From contig CAZNIV010000004.1 of assembly GCA_964573235.1 (NCBI GenBank), forward strand, positions 1-52,646: a stretch of DNA of 52,646 nt. Direction: 5' to 3'. A program made the position numbers and the translations under genes. Shown one piece after another: positions 1 to 9,629 of this stretch (positions within the stretch are counted from its first letter, which is position 1; the number at the start of each line of letters is the position of its first letter). Origin of the DNA: an uncultured Gammaproteobacteria bacterium (lineage in GTDB: Bacteria; Patescibacteriota; Patescibacteriia; 2-01-FULL-39-33). Under the pieces are notes generated by a model. It ran no database searches. It saw only the letters and a program-made list of their open reading frames with translations, and was not told the origin of the DNA.

Positions 1-81
1 TCTCTAAGGGGAGAAAAGTTAAGCACTACTCAAAAAATAAAATCTTTACTGAAAAAAATTCTCTATAAACTATCAAAATGA
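1..81 (+). CDS. 3' end of an upstream ORF cut by the window edge (product unknown)
   Basis: Frame 1 is open from base 1 and stops at TGA 79-81, overlapping the next start (ATGA 78-81). The same 4-nt coupling is seen at 977-980. Confidence 0.35.
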   Translation, partial: SLRGEKLSTTQKIKSLLKKILYKLSK

Positions 82-980
82 TTACCATAAGACTTAGTGG
101 CGGATTAGGCAATCAAATGTTTCAATACGCTGCCGGAAAATCATTAGCCCAAACCCAAGAAACTCAATTTAAATTGGATCTATCTTTTTTTAAACTAAAG
201 GGTTACACAAAAAGAAACTTTGAGCTTTCTAATTTTAATATTCAAGCAGAATTAGCAACGGAACAAGAAATGACCAAATACCAAACACCTCTTTGGTTAA
301 ATAAAATAAATCAGATATTCAAATCATCTTTAGGCAAACCTCGAGGTTACTTTTCTGAAAAAAAAGTTTCTTTTGATAAAGATTTTTTAATGTTGCCAAA
401 AGATTCATATATTGATGGGGTCTGGATGAGTGAAAAATATTTCTTAAACATCAGAAATGAGCTAATTGGGGATTTTACCATTCCACCTCAAAATCAAACT
501 ACTACCTATAAAAACTGGCTAAATAAAATCACCAGCACTAAAAACCCCGTTTCCCTTCATGTTCGCCGAGGAGACTATGTAAAATTCCCAAAAATCACCC
601 AGCTATACGGCATCTGCTCCCCCGAATATTATAATAAAGCTATAAACTTAATTAAAAAGAAAAATAATGACAATATAACAATTTTTGTTTTTTCTGACGA
701 CATTGAATGGTGCAAACAAAATCTAAATTTAAATACGACTACGTTTTTTGTTTCTGATACTACTGGATTTGAGGATATTATTCTCATGTCTAACTGTTCA
801 GGCAATATTATAGCTAACTCTACCTTCAGCTGGTGGGGAGCGTGGTTAAATCAAAGCCCAAATAAAACCGTTATTGCCCCCTGGCCTTGGTTTGATAAAA
901 AAAACATAGAAACCAAAGACATCCTACCAAATAATTGGATAAAAATAGGCAAAACCAACGGCATAACCATTAATCTATGA
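78..980 (+). CDS. Glycosyltransferase family 11, alpha-1,2-fucosyltransferase-like
   Basis: The IRLSGGLGNQMFQYA N-terminus and LHVRRGDY motif are GT11 (FutC-type) hallmarks. ATGA overlaps with both neighbours. Confidence 0.8.
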   Translation: MITIRLSGGLGNQMFQYAAGKSLAQTQETQFKLDLSFFKLKGYTKRNFELSNFNIQAELATEQEMTKYQTPLWLNKINQIFKSSLGKPRGYFSEKKVSFDKDFLMLPKDSYIDGVWMSEKYFLNIRNELIGDFTIPPQNQTTTYKNWLNKITSTKNPVSLHVRRGDYVKFPKITQLYGICSPEYYNKAINLIKKKNNDNITIFVFSDDIEWCKQNLNLNTTTFFVSDTTGFEDIILMSNCSGNIIANSTFSWWGAWLNQSPNKTVIAPWPWFDKKNIETKDILPNNWIKIGKTNGITINL

Positions 981-1870
981 AAGTCAGTATTATTATATCC
1001 GCCTATAATGGCGGTTATTTTCTAGAAAATTACTCATTGCCATCAATAATAAGCCAAGCGCACAGCGATTGGGAAGCTTTTATTATAGATGACGGTTCCA
1101 CCGATAATACCGAAGAAGTAGCAAAAAGATTTTGCGCCAAAGAAAAAAGATTCAAATATATCAAAAAAGAAAATAATAAGGGATTGGCAAATTCAATGAA
1201 TCTGGGCGTAAAAATAAGCAACGGTGAAATAATCTGCTTCTTAGAACAAGACGACATCTGGTTACCAAGCAAATTAACTCTTCAACTCGAACAAATTAGC
1301 CGTGGCAAAAAAATTATCTTCTGCAACTCCTTTCTTTTTACTCTCCCTAAAAAAGAAATCTATGCCCTTTCCGGAGGAAACCTTTCCTCTCTCATGCTAA
1401 CAAAGCCAACAGCTAATCTAATTTTCCCCCTGACAGAAAACAACGATCTACTCGGCATTGAAGATGGCGAAGTATCTGGTAAAATAGCTCTACTTTTGAC
1501 TAAAAAGTTACTATCCGAAAATGAAATTTTTAATATCAGCACTCCGTTGATCATTTTTAGCCAGAGTAATAATTCCCTTTCCGGAAAAAGAAACCCAGAA
1601 AAATTAATCACACGATACCATGCCGTAATAGAGCTATTTAAAAATTCTAAAAATAGCCCTGAATTAAAAAAACTTTTAACTTTCTGGAAAAGACATCTCT
1701 TCTTTAATGAGCTAGCAAAAAATTTACCTCATAGTCTAAGGGTGGCGTTATTTTTTTTAACTGACCTATTAAAAAACAGTAAAAGAAAATTAAGTTGTTT
1801 TAATTTTCAAAAAAAGTTTGAACCGGAACTAAAAATGGCCTTAAACTTAATAGCCAAAATAAAATCTTAA
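977..1870 (+). CDS. Glycosyltransferase family 2
   Basis: N-terminal SIIISAYNGG...FIIDDGSTDNT and a later EQDD fit the GT-A/GT2 fold. I do not recognise the C-terminal half. Confidence 0.75.
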   Translation: MKVSIIISAYNGGYFLENYSLPSIISQAHSDWEAFIIDDGSTDNTEEVAKRFCAKEKRFKYIKKENNKGLANSMNLGVKISNGEIICFLEQDDIWLPSKLTLQLEQISRGKKIIFCNSFLFTLPKKEIYALSGGNLSSLMLTKPTANLIFPLTENNDLLGIEDGEVSGKIALLLTKKLLSENEIFNISTPLIIFSQSNNSLSGKRNPEKLITRYHAVIELFKNSKNSPELKKLLTFWKRHLFFNELAKNLPHSLRVALFFLTDLLKNSKRKLSCFNFQKKFEPELKMALNLIAKIKS

Positions 1871-1873
1871 TTT

Positions 1874-2641
1874 ATGAGCCTTATTAGCATAATATTGCCA
1901 GTCTATAACTGCGAAAAATATGTTAGCCAATCAATTAAAAGCGTTCTAGAACAAACCTACGATAATTTTGAACTTATTATTATCGATGACGGCTCTACCG
2001 ATAAATCACTTGATATTATTAAGTCCTTTAACGATCCGAGAATAAATTTAGAAATTAATAAAACCAATCTTGGTTTACAAAAAACTTTAAATTTAGGACT
2101 TAAATTAAGTCGCGGGGAATATATTGCTAGGATTGATGCCGACGATGAATGGGGGGATAAAAACAAACTAAGGCTCCAGATTGATTATATGACCAACCAC
2201 AAGGATTGTGCAGTTATTGGTACTGGCGTAATCGTTATGAACGAATTTGGCATCGAAAAAAGCAGAACCCTACATTTATCATCCGATTCAGAAATCAAAA
2301 ACGATATACTGTGCCGATCAAACTTTGCCCATGGATCGGTTTTAATTAAAAAAAATAGATTAATCGAAGCCGGCGGCTACAGTGAATCCAGCAAATATAA
2401 ACACATTGAGGATTACGAATTGTGGCTAAGATTAGGCAGAACGGGGAGTTTCGCCAATTTAAATATATACGGATTAAAATATCGGGTATGGGACAATCAA
2501 ATTGGCTCCCTACACAAACTAGACCAACTAAAAAAACATATCCGACTTATCATTGAATATAAAAATCAATATCCGGGCTTTTTAAAAGCACTCACACTCG
2601 CCTACCTGCGATTATTGGTTTACGGTTATCTAAAATTTTAG
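1874..2641 (+). CDS. Glycosyltransferase family 2
   Basis: ISIILPVYNCEKYV...IIIDDGSTD...RIDADD is a classic GT2 N-terminal domain. Confidence 0.8.
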   Translation: MSLISIILPVYNCEKYVSQSIKSVLEQTYDNFELIIIDDGSTDKSLDIIKSFNDPRINLEINKTNLGLQKTLNLGLKLSRGEYIARIDADDEWGDKNKLRLQIDYMTNHKDCAVIGTGVIVMNEFGIEKSRTLHLSSDSEIKNDILCRSNFAHGSVLIKKNRLIEAGGYSESSKYKHIEDYELWLRLGRTGSFANLNIYGLKYRVWDNQIGSLHKLDQLKKHIRLIIEYKNQYPGFLKALTLAYLRLLVYGYLKF

Positions 2642-3520
2642 AAATCCGGCTATCATACCAAAAGCCTTTCTAAAATTGAAAGATAAAAATTGCCTAATTA
2701 CCCAGCCCAAACTCGCCCAAGCAAACCAAGCCATCCCCATAAGGTCATGTTGACCCAATCTTTTAAATATCTCTTTTCTATTAACACTTTCTTTAACCCC
2801 CAAAAGAAACATTTTTTCACGCGCTACCGGGCTTTGATTGTGAACAGTTTTAGCTTTAGGGTTTATTAAAAAATAATACCCTTCTTTTTTAGCCCTCAAA
2901 CAAAAATCAACATCCTCTAAACCAGTACGCCCACCAGAAAAAGTAGAAAAGCCTATTTTTTTAGTCACTCCTATATTTAACGAGCCAGCGCCACCGTGAG
3001 TATAAAAACTTTTTTCAACTTTAGTTATTCCTTCATCCCAAACCTGATAACCTACCGCATTCACATCCCAATTGAATTTCGATGATAGCCCAAAAAATCT
3101 ATGAAATATTTTTTCCGCAACAGTCACCCTTCTTGAATTAATAATCAAACCGCCCACCCCTATAAGTCTCTGATCAACATTATTTTCCCATACATTCATC
3201 ACTTCCTCACAAAATTTTTCTTCCAGTATAAGATCGTCATCAAAAATAAAAGCTACTGGGTGCGAAACCATGTTAATAGCAATATTTTTTGACTCCGACA
3301 ATCCTCTTCTTTCTTTTTGATGATCTTTTTTATAGTATCTTAGGGTTGTATTTTTACTTTGAAAAATATTTTTCCATTTTTCAATAAACACCACCTCAAC
3401 AGCTCCATCATCTACTATTAAAATCTCCTCAGGAATTTTTGTTTGTCTATTTACCGAATCAAGACAAGATTCTAAATCTTTTATTCTGTTATAAGTTGGA
3501 ATAACAATGCTATACTTCAT
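2630..3520 (-). CDS. Glycosyltransferase family 2
   Basis: YSIVIPTYNR...LIVDDGA...IFDDDL is a GT2 signature. The 3' end overlaps the convergent gene by 12 nt (2630-2641). Confidence 0.8.
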   Translation of the reverse strand: MKYSIVIPTYNRIKDLESCLDSVNRQTKIPEEILIVDDGAVEVVFIEKWKNIFQSKNTTLRYYKKDHQKERRGLSESKNIAINMVSHPVAFIFDDDLILEEKFCEEVMNVWENNVDQRLIGVGGLIINSRRVTVAEKIFHRFFGLSSKFNWDVNAVGYQVWDEGITKVEKSFYTHGGAGSLNIGVTKKIGFSTFSGGRTGLEDVDFCLRAKKEGYYFLINPKAKTVHNQSPVAREKMFLLGVKESVNRKEIFKRLGQHDLMGMAWFAWASLGWVIRQFLSFNFRKAFGMIAGFLKF

Positions 3521-4802
3521 CTTTTTTCTTTAAAAAATTATACGCGACAAATAAAAGCGGAACAGAATATGAAATAAGCGTTGCATAAGCCGCCCCAATC
3601 ACTCCCAACGCCGGTATTAACCATAAATTTAACAATACATTTAAAACGGCTGCTATTAAATTTATTAAGAACAATAACTTTGACTTATGTTCAGCTATTA
3701 ACTGATAATTTAACACATACATACAAAACATCCCCACATTTGACCAGATATACACGCCTAAAATCTTGCCCGAACCAATATAGTCATTACCAAGAAGAAT
3801 TTTTATTATCAAACCCGAAAAAGCTGTCATAAATATCGCCACACCAATGGCCAGCAAAAAAATAACAAGATACATTTTTTTTAATCGCTCAAAATAAATC
3901 ACCGCACTTATTTTTTTAGCATTAACTATTGCCGGAAACAACGACACACCGATAACCGTCGGAATGAAATACCAAATTTCCGTTAACCGCGCGGCCGCAG
4001 CATAAATTCCCACCTGAACGCTGTTCATCATTTGACCAATCATTACCTGATCAATTTTCATCAAAATAAGCGCCGATGTGGCCGAGAGGGCTAATGGCCA
4101 AGAGTCTCTCGTCATATTGATTGCTAACCTTCCATCAAATTTCCAATTTTGCACTTTCTTATTTTTAAAACCTAAAAATACAACCAATGCTAAATTAAAT
4201 ATTAATACATCAGCAACATAGGCGACCACTATCCATAAAAAACCTAAATGAAAAAAAACAACAGCTACCTTGAACAGTGCTGAGATTAGCGTCGCCACCA
4301 TTTGAGCAATCACCCCATATCTTGCTTTTACCTCAGATCTAAATAATGAGTCAATGACATTAAATGACTGGATTATAAAAGTCAAAGAGAAAAGTGAAAC
4401 AATAATAATGTGTGTAAAATCATTACTAGTCACATAAATGGCAACCGTCGCAATTAACCAAGCCAATAGGCCCGTAAAAAATTTAATAATACAACTCGTT
4501 CCCAATAAGGCGTTTTCATTTTCGGGGTTTTTTATTAATTCTCTTTGCAATATCCCATCAATACCAATTCCCGCTATTACTGAAAATAAACCAGCGAAGC
4601 TTAATGAATAACTTAGGGTGCCATAATTACCAGGGCCCAAATAGCGCATAATTAAAATCCCAACCACAAAAGACATTGCCAATGAAAAAAATTGCCCCAT
4701 TGTTAGCCAGCTAGTATTTTTTAAATACCGCTGAAATCCAACGTGTTGCCATTTTTCTTTTACATACAACCAAATTTTAGTCTTTTTTACTTCTTGTTCC
4801 AT
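3510..4802 (-). CDS. Wzx-like oligosaccharide flippase (MOP/polysaccharide biosynthesis family)
   Basis: 430 aa, hydrophobic throughout with many predicted helices. The N-terminal region resembles polysaccharide-biosynthesis flippases. The stop overlaps the downstream GT2 start. Confidence 0.75.
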   Translation of the reverse strand: MEQEVKKTKIWLYVKEKWQHVGFQRYLKNTSWLTMGQFFSLAMSFVVGILIMRYLGPGNYGTLSYSLSFAGLFSVIAGIGIDGILQRELIKNPENENALLGTSCIIKFFTGLLAWLIATVAIYVTSNDFTHIIIVSLFSLTFIIQSFNVIDSLFRSEVKARYGVIAQMVATLISALFKVAVVFFHLGFLWIVVAYVADVLIFNLALVVFLGFKNKKVQNWKFDGRLAINMTRDSWPLALSATSALILMKIDQVMIGQMMNSVQVGIYAAAARLTEIWYFIPTVIGVSLFPAIVNAKKISAVIYFERLKKMYLVIFLLAIGVAIFMTAFSGLIIKILLGNDYIGSGKILGVYIWSNVGMFCMYVLNYQLIAEHKSKLLFLINLIAAVLNVLLNLWLIPALGVIGAAYATLISYSVPLLFVAYNFLKKKDEV

Positions 4803-4803
4803 T

Positions 4804-5223
4804 TTAAATCTTTAATTTTGATCTAATCTCCGTCGTAGAAGTTGGCTCAATACAAATTCTCTTTGGCAAAACCACCAACTCAATTCCTAACTCCTGACAC
4901 AAATCTTTTTTTCTATCTTTGTTTCTATCATCTTCTGTTACTACCAAAATATCCGGCTTTTCTTTTTTAATGCTCGTTAAAAAATCAAAAACCGGATCTA
5001 AATCAGAACTTACAATCGCCTTATCTACATACCTGATAGCACTAATTAAAATTCTTTTATGGTCATCCGGCATCGCTGCCTCACGATTTTTAGCCAACCT
5101 CAAAACTTCCGCACTAGCAAAGCTGACTATCAAATAATCACCCAGGTTTTTAGCATCCTCAAAAAATTGCACATGACCAGCATGCAAAATATCATAACAA
5201 CCAGAAACAAAAACTTTTTTCAT
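4804..5223 (-). CDS. Cytidylyltransferase-family nucleotidyltransferase (TagD / RfaE domain II-like)
   Basis: GCYDILHAGHVQFF carries the HxGH nucleotidyltransferase motif; 139 aa. First gene of the minus-strand half of the glycan cluster. Confidence 0.75.
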   Translation of the reverse strand: MKKVFVSGCYDILHAGHVQFFEDAKNLGDYLIVSFASAEVLRLAKNREAAMPDDHKRILISAIRYVDKAIVSSDLDPVFDFLTSIKKEKPDILVVTEDDRNKDRKKDLCQELGIELVVLPKRICIEPTSTTEIRSKLKI

Positions 5224-5268
5224 AAACCAACAATAATTCCCTTAATTATTACCCTAATTCTACCCCAA

Positions 5269-5301
5269 TCTACCAACTAAATCAATTTTCTACCAACTAA
5301 A
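5269..5301. repeat. 13-bp direct repeat TCTACCAACTAAA x2 (5269-5281, 5289-5301), with a third TCTACC at 5259
   Basis: Read directly. It lies in the upstream region of the cytidylyltransferase/flippase/GT2 operon. Confidence 0.6.
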
Positions 5302-5326
5302 AAACCGCCTAGAGGGCGGTTTTTTG
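5299..5326. terminator. Bidirectional intrinsic terminator
   Basis: AAAACCGCC-TAGAG-GGCGGTTTT hairpin flanked by an A-run and a T-run, 17 nt downstream of the rpsP stop. Confidence 0.65.
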
Positions 5327-5342
5327 TATATTGAAATATAAA

Positions 5343-5669
5343 TTACGCTTTTACTGCTTCTGCCTTAGCTTTTGCAGCTATTGCAGCGCTTTTCTTTTTT
5401 CCAGGCAAAGATTTAGAAGCTCTAACCTTAGCCGTCTTCAAAATTCCCTTAGTAATCAACAAATTCTTAACTGATGGGGATGGTTGAGCGCCCTTAGCAA
5501 TCCAAGCCAAAGCTTTTTCAGCATCAATCACAGTTTTCTTAGTTTTTGGATCATAGTTGCCAATACAATCATTGTATTCGCCCCATGGATCACGGCCCTT
5601 TTCCACAACAATTATGCGGTAATTTGGTTTTTTGATCGTACCAGTTCTGGTAAATCTGATAGTTAACAT
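5343..5669 (-). CDS. rpsP: 30S ribosomal protein S16
   Basis: MLTIRFTRTGTIKKPNYRIIVVEKGRDPWGEY is the conserved S16 N-terminus, with a basic Ala/Lys C-terminal tail. Confidence 0.95.
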   Translation of the reverse strand: MLTIRFTRTGTIKKPNYRIIVVEKGRDPWGEYNDCIGNYDPKTKKTVIDAEKALAWIAKGAQPSPSVKNLLITKGILKTAKVRASKSLPGKKKSAAIAAKAKAEAVKA

Positions 5670-5732
5670 GTTTTTAGAAAATTAGTAGATATTAATTGAT
5701 AGCCGTTATATTACTTGAAAAACACCCAAATG

Positions 5733-8700
5733 TCAAGCCTGCTTGGCTATTTTCTCCGCTTCCTCTAATTTTAAAGAAATCAAGCGAGAAATACCATCAC
5801 CCTGCATGGTTACACCATAAAGCACATCACCTTTGGCCATAATAGCGCGATTATGCGTAATCACGATAAACTGCGTTTTATGAGCCAATTCTTGAATGAT
5901 ATTGCCAAATTTAGAAGAATTTACTTCGTCGAGCGCTGCATCCACTTCATCAAAAAGCACAAATGGTGACGGATTATTAGAAATAATGGCACAAATCAAT
6001 GCCAAAGCCGTCATTGTTTTTTCACCACCAGACAATACTGCAATGTTCTTAATTTTTTTACCAGGAGGGCAAGCTTCAATATCAATACCCATATTAGCTA
6101 AGAACAAATTATCTTCTACATTATCCTCTTCTTTTGGTTCTTCCCTTTCTGGCTTATCCGCTTCGGCCACTTCTTCGCCAACATTCTTTTCACTCGCCGA
6201 AACAATAGCCTCGGCTGCTTCTTCGCGCGCCTGCTCCGCTTCGGTTAACTCTTTTTGCGTTAATACCAATTTAGCGCTACCGCCATCAAACAACTGCTTA
6301 AAGTAATCCGAAAAATCTTTATTAATGCGTTTAAATTCCGTTTCAAATTGATCCTTAATTAATTTATCCAATTCCACCACAATCTTTTCTAAATCAATAA
6401 TCGCCTTTTCTAAGTCTTCGCTTTGCTGACTTAAAAAGTCAAAACGATCCTTAGTATCTTTATATTCTTGCTCTACCGATGGGTCAGTACCACCAATTAA
6501 TTCCAATTGCTTCTTAAATCGAGAAATCTTCGCCTCCATTTCCACCATATCAATCTCTTCGGTGTTTTCTACCGCCTTAGGACGATAATCTTCACCCAAA
6601 TCTTGCTTAATCGAATTAAACAAGTCATCTTTTCTAGTTTCCACCTTAGCCAATTCTACGCGCACATCATTCAACAAGAAGATAGCTTCATTAAGTTTGA
6701 TCTGCTGTTCGTGCATGGCTTGCTGAGTAGCAAAAATCTCTTGCTTCTTGCGCTCTTCTTCCAAATTAAACTGATCCACTTTTTGTTTAGCCACCTGAGT
6801 GGTTTCGGCCAAACTATTTAATTTCTTTTCTTTTTCTGCTTGTTGTTTTTTTAACTCATTCAAATATTCCGTGCGTTCTTCTGGCGACAATTGCGCCTCT
6901 TTAATATCTACTTCTAATCTAGCTTTTTCGCCCTGCCAATCTGAAACTTCCTGCGCCATTACGCGAGCGCGTTCTTCTTCGGAACGAATTTCAAAACGAA
7001 TATTATTAATACGATTAAGCATCTCATCTTTATGGCGATATTTTTGCTCAATATTAATTTTAAGTTGCCCTGCTTCTTTAATTTTTTCCGCCTGCGAAAA
7101 TTTATTATCACTCACTTTTTGCCATACTAAAAATTCTTTTTTCTGATAACCACCCTTAACCACACCACTCTTTTCAAAAGAATCTCCTTCTAAGGTCACC
7201 ATGCGACGATTACCAATACCAAAAGATCGAGCATCTTCTACTGTTTCTACTACCAAGGTATCACCAAAAATCTGCTGAAACACTTTAACAAATTTAGGAT
7301 CAAAATCCACCAAATCAATCGCCAAACCAATCACACCCTGCCCAGCAACCGGAGAATAATCCGCCGCATATTCGCGCAACTTATTCAATGGAAAAAAAGT
7401 CATCGAAGCTAAACGATTGTCTTTCAAAAATTTAATACATTGTACCGCCGTTTCATCATTATCTACCACGATTGCTAATAACCGATTGCCCGCCGCTGTA
7501 GATAAGGCGCCCTCATATCGACGATCCACCTTACCAATATCACTTACCGTGCCATAAATACCCGTCAGCTGATTTTTTAAATCCAACACTGCACGCACTG
7601 AATCTAATAAATAACTACTACGATTTTCACCCCGATTAGAATAAATTTCTTCCTGTAAAAACTGAAAGTTATTTTGCAAAACCGTTAATTCATCATTAAT
7701 ACCATTAATAATCTTTTCGGCATCAGCCAATTCCTTACGCTTCAAATCTAACTTCATTTTTTGATTACGCAACGCTTCTTGATTACTTGCCACCTTAGCA
7801 TCCAATTCTACTTTTTTATTTTCTAACCAAGATAAATTTTGTTTACCCACCTTAGCATATTCCAAATCCAATTTACCACGGATAATCGCTTGCTCTTGCA
7901 ACAAATCATTCTTTTGCGCCATTAACCTATTATATTCCTGTTGCAAATTATCAAATTCCTCTACGCGACTATTACCCAAAGATAATTTTTCTAATTTTTC
8001 TTGCAAGGATCCAATTTCGCTTTCCAATTTTAGGCGCTGTTTATCTTGCTGAGTAAAATTAATTACCAATTTTTTATAAGTGACATCCAATTCTGTCCAC
8101 AATCGCGCATAATAGGTTACTTGCAATTCCCGCAAATCATGTTCAATCTCTAAGCGCTTATGCAAACGATTAACTTGAGTGGTCAGCATCTTCAAATGCG
8201 GTTCCAATTCTTTAATCAACGCCTTAACCTGAGTAACATTCTCACGAGATTTTTTTAACTTACTTACCGAACGATCGCGCTTGATTTGAAATTGCTTAAC
8301 ACCCGTCGCATCATCAAAAAACGCCTTGCGATCTTGAGAAGAATAATTAACAATACGATCAATCATACCCTGACCAATCACACTATAAGTATTCTGACCA
8401 AAATTAGTTTTCGCCAACAACATTACGATATCGAACAAGCGCACTTCGTTTTTATTCAGCAAATATTCGCTATTACCATCGCGATAAATACGACGCGTAA
8501 TTACAATCTCGGTATAATCAATCGGCGCTTGACCATCTTCATTATTTAAATACAAAGAAACTTCGGCCATGCTCATTTGGGCCTTCTTTTCTGAACCAGC
8601 AAAAATCACATCCGTAGACTTTTTGCCTCGGAGTAACTTTAAACTTTGTTCGCCTAAAACCCAACGCACCGCATCTACTACATTCGATTTGCCAGACCCA

Positions 8701-8849
8701 TTCGGGCCGACGATCGCCGTAATACCGCGCGTGCCATTGTTTTTATTTGAATCGTTTTTTAATCTTTTATCATCTGGTGCCGGGAATTCTAAAATCGTTT
8801 TTTGAGCAAATGATTTGAATCCTGACAGCTCAATTCGTTGCAAATACAT
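5733..8849 (-). CDS. smc: Chromosome segregation protein SMC
   Basis: N-terminal Walker A (GPNGSGKSNVVDA), long coiled coils, a central hinge, and C-terminal LSGGEK signature with Walker B (FVLFDEVDAALD). Confidence 0.95.
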   Translation of the reverse strand: MYLQRIELSGFKSFAQKTILEFPAPDDKRLKNDSNKNNGTRGITAIVGPNGSGKSNVVDAVRWVLGEQSLKLLRGKKSTDVIFAGSEKKAQMSMAEVSLYLNNEDGQAPIDYTEIVITRRIYRDGNSEYLLNKNEVRLFDIVMLLAKTNFGQNTYSVIGQGMIDRIVNYSSQDRKAFFDDATGVKQFQIKRDRSVSKLKKSRENVTQVKALIKELEPHLKMLTTQVNRLHKRLEIEHDLRELQVTYYARLWTELDVTYKKLVINFTQQDKQRLKLESEIGSLQEKLEKLSLGNSRVEEFDNLQQEYNRLMAQKNDLLQEQAIIRGKLDLEYAKVGKQNLSWLENKKVELDAKVASNQEALRNQKMKLDLKRKELADAEKIINGINDELTVLQNNFQFLQEEIYSNRGENRSSYLLDSVRAVLDLKNQLTGIYGTVSDIGKVDRRYEGALSTAAGNRLLAIVVDNDETAVQCIKFLKDNRLASMTFFPLNKLREYAADYSPVAGQGVIGLAIDLVDFDPKFVKVFQQIFGDTLVVETVEDARSFGIGNRRMVTLEGDSFEKSGVVKGGYQKKEFLVWQKVSDNKFSQAEKIKEAGQLKINIEQKYRHKDEMLNRINNIRFEIRSEEERARVMAQEVSDWQGEKARLEVDIKEAQLSPEERTEYLNELKKQQAEKEKKLNSLAETTQVAKQKVDQFNLEEERKKQEIFATQQAMHEQQIKLNEAIFLLNDVRVELAKVETRKDDLFNSIKQDLGEDYRPKAVENTEEIDMVEMEAKISRFKKQLELIGGTDPSVEQEYKDTKDRFDFLSQQSEDLEKAIIDLEKIVVELDKLIKDQFETEFKRINKDFSDYFKQLFDGGSAKLVLTQKELTEAEQAREEAAEAIVSASEKNVGEEVAEADKPEREEPKEEDNVEDNLFLANMGIDIEACPPGKKIKNIAVLSGGEKTMTALALICAIISNNPSPFVLFDEVDAALDEVNSSKFGNIIQELAHKTQFIVITHNRAIMAKGDVLYGVTMQGDGISRLISLKLEEAEKIAKQA

Positions 8850-8956
8850 AATTTTGAAACCTTCCTTTAGCTTTTATTCTAACAAATTAAACCAAAAATA
8901 ACAACTAAAACCAAGAGCCTGTCCACTAACTCTCTTACCCATCATATGGCTAGACT

Positions 8957-9472
8957 CTACGCCTGCTTAATCATTTCTAATTCTATCAATTGAGCGCCAC
9001 TCTTAAAAACAAATCTTTCATTAATAATTCTCTTCCCCGTAAAAACAAAGCCTAATTTCTGATAAAAAGTTTGGGCCTTCTTATTATATTCTGCTACTCC
9101 TAAAAAAATATCCTTTTGTGGATTAAAATATTTCTGCGCCTCTTGCCATAATCGCCAACCAATCTTTTGTCCCTGATATTCTGGCAACACATACAAGGAT
9201 TGCAGTTTATTTATTTCTTCGGATATCACTAAGCGACAAACACCCACCACCTTATCGCCTTGCTTAGCCACTAAGCGCACCTCTCCGGATTCTATTTTTT
9301 TTACCCCTTTACAGGCGCGCTCTTTTTTAATTCGATCAAAAAAATCTTTAATATCTTCAATGGTTATGCCCGCCTCTGTATTAGGATAAGTATCTAGCCA
9401 AGTTTGGTATAAAACATCCCTAAACCCTTCGCCGTCTGATTTTTTAGCTAATTTTACACAAATATCTAACAT
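8957..9472 (-). CDS. GNAT family N-acetyltransferase
   Basis: 171 aa with an acetyl-CoA binding motif of the type YQGQKIGWRLWQEA and a GNAT-like C-terminus (YQKLGF). Confidence 0.8.
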   Translation of the reverse strand: MLDICVKLAKKSDGEGFRDVLYQTWLDTYPNTEAGITIEDIKDFFDRIKKERACKGVKKIESGEVRLVAKQGDKVVGVCRLVISEEINKLQSLYVLPEYQGQKIGWRLWQEAQKYFNPQKDIFLGVAEYNKKAQTFYQKLGFVFTGKRIINERFVFKSGAQLIELEMIKQA

Positions 9473-9558
9473 CTTTTGGTAAATTATACTTTTATAACAC
9501 CTCTTTTATATCTTTAATCATACCAAATTTTTCCCATAAGAAAAACCTTGCATTACTA

Positions 9559-9587
9559 TTGACAAAATACCAAAAAAATTGTAAATA
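9559..9587 (+). promoter_or_regulatory. Sigma-70-type promoter of the first sigma gene
   Basis: TTGACA (9559-9564), 17-nt spacer, TAAATA (9582-9587). A GGAGG Shine-Dalgarno precedes ATG 9630. Confidence 0.5.
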
Positions 9588-9629
9588 TACTGCCGTTGTA
9601 CCTTTAACCAACCATCATGGAGGATAATA

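Noticed and set aside
5896-8805. Five plus-strand ORFs (5896-6306, 6507-6821, 6799-7146, 8286-8549, 8569-8805) inside smc
   Set aside because: These are antisense shadow ORFs within a well-supported 1038-aa gene. Their sequences are low-complexity Ser/Leu/Phe-rich.
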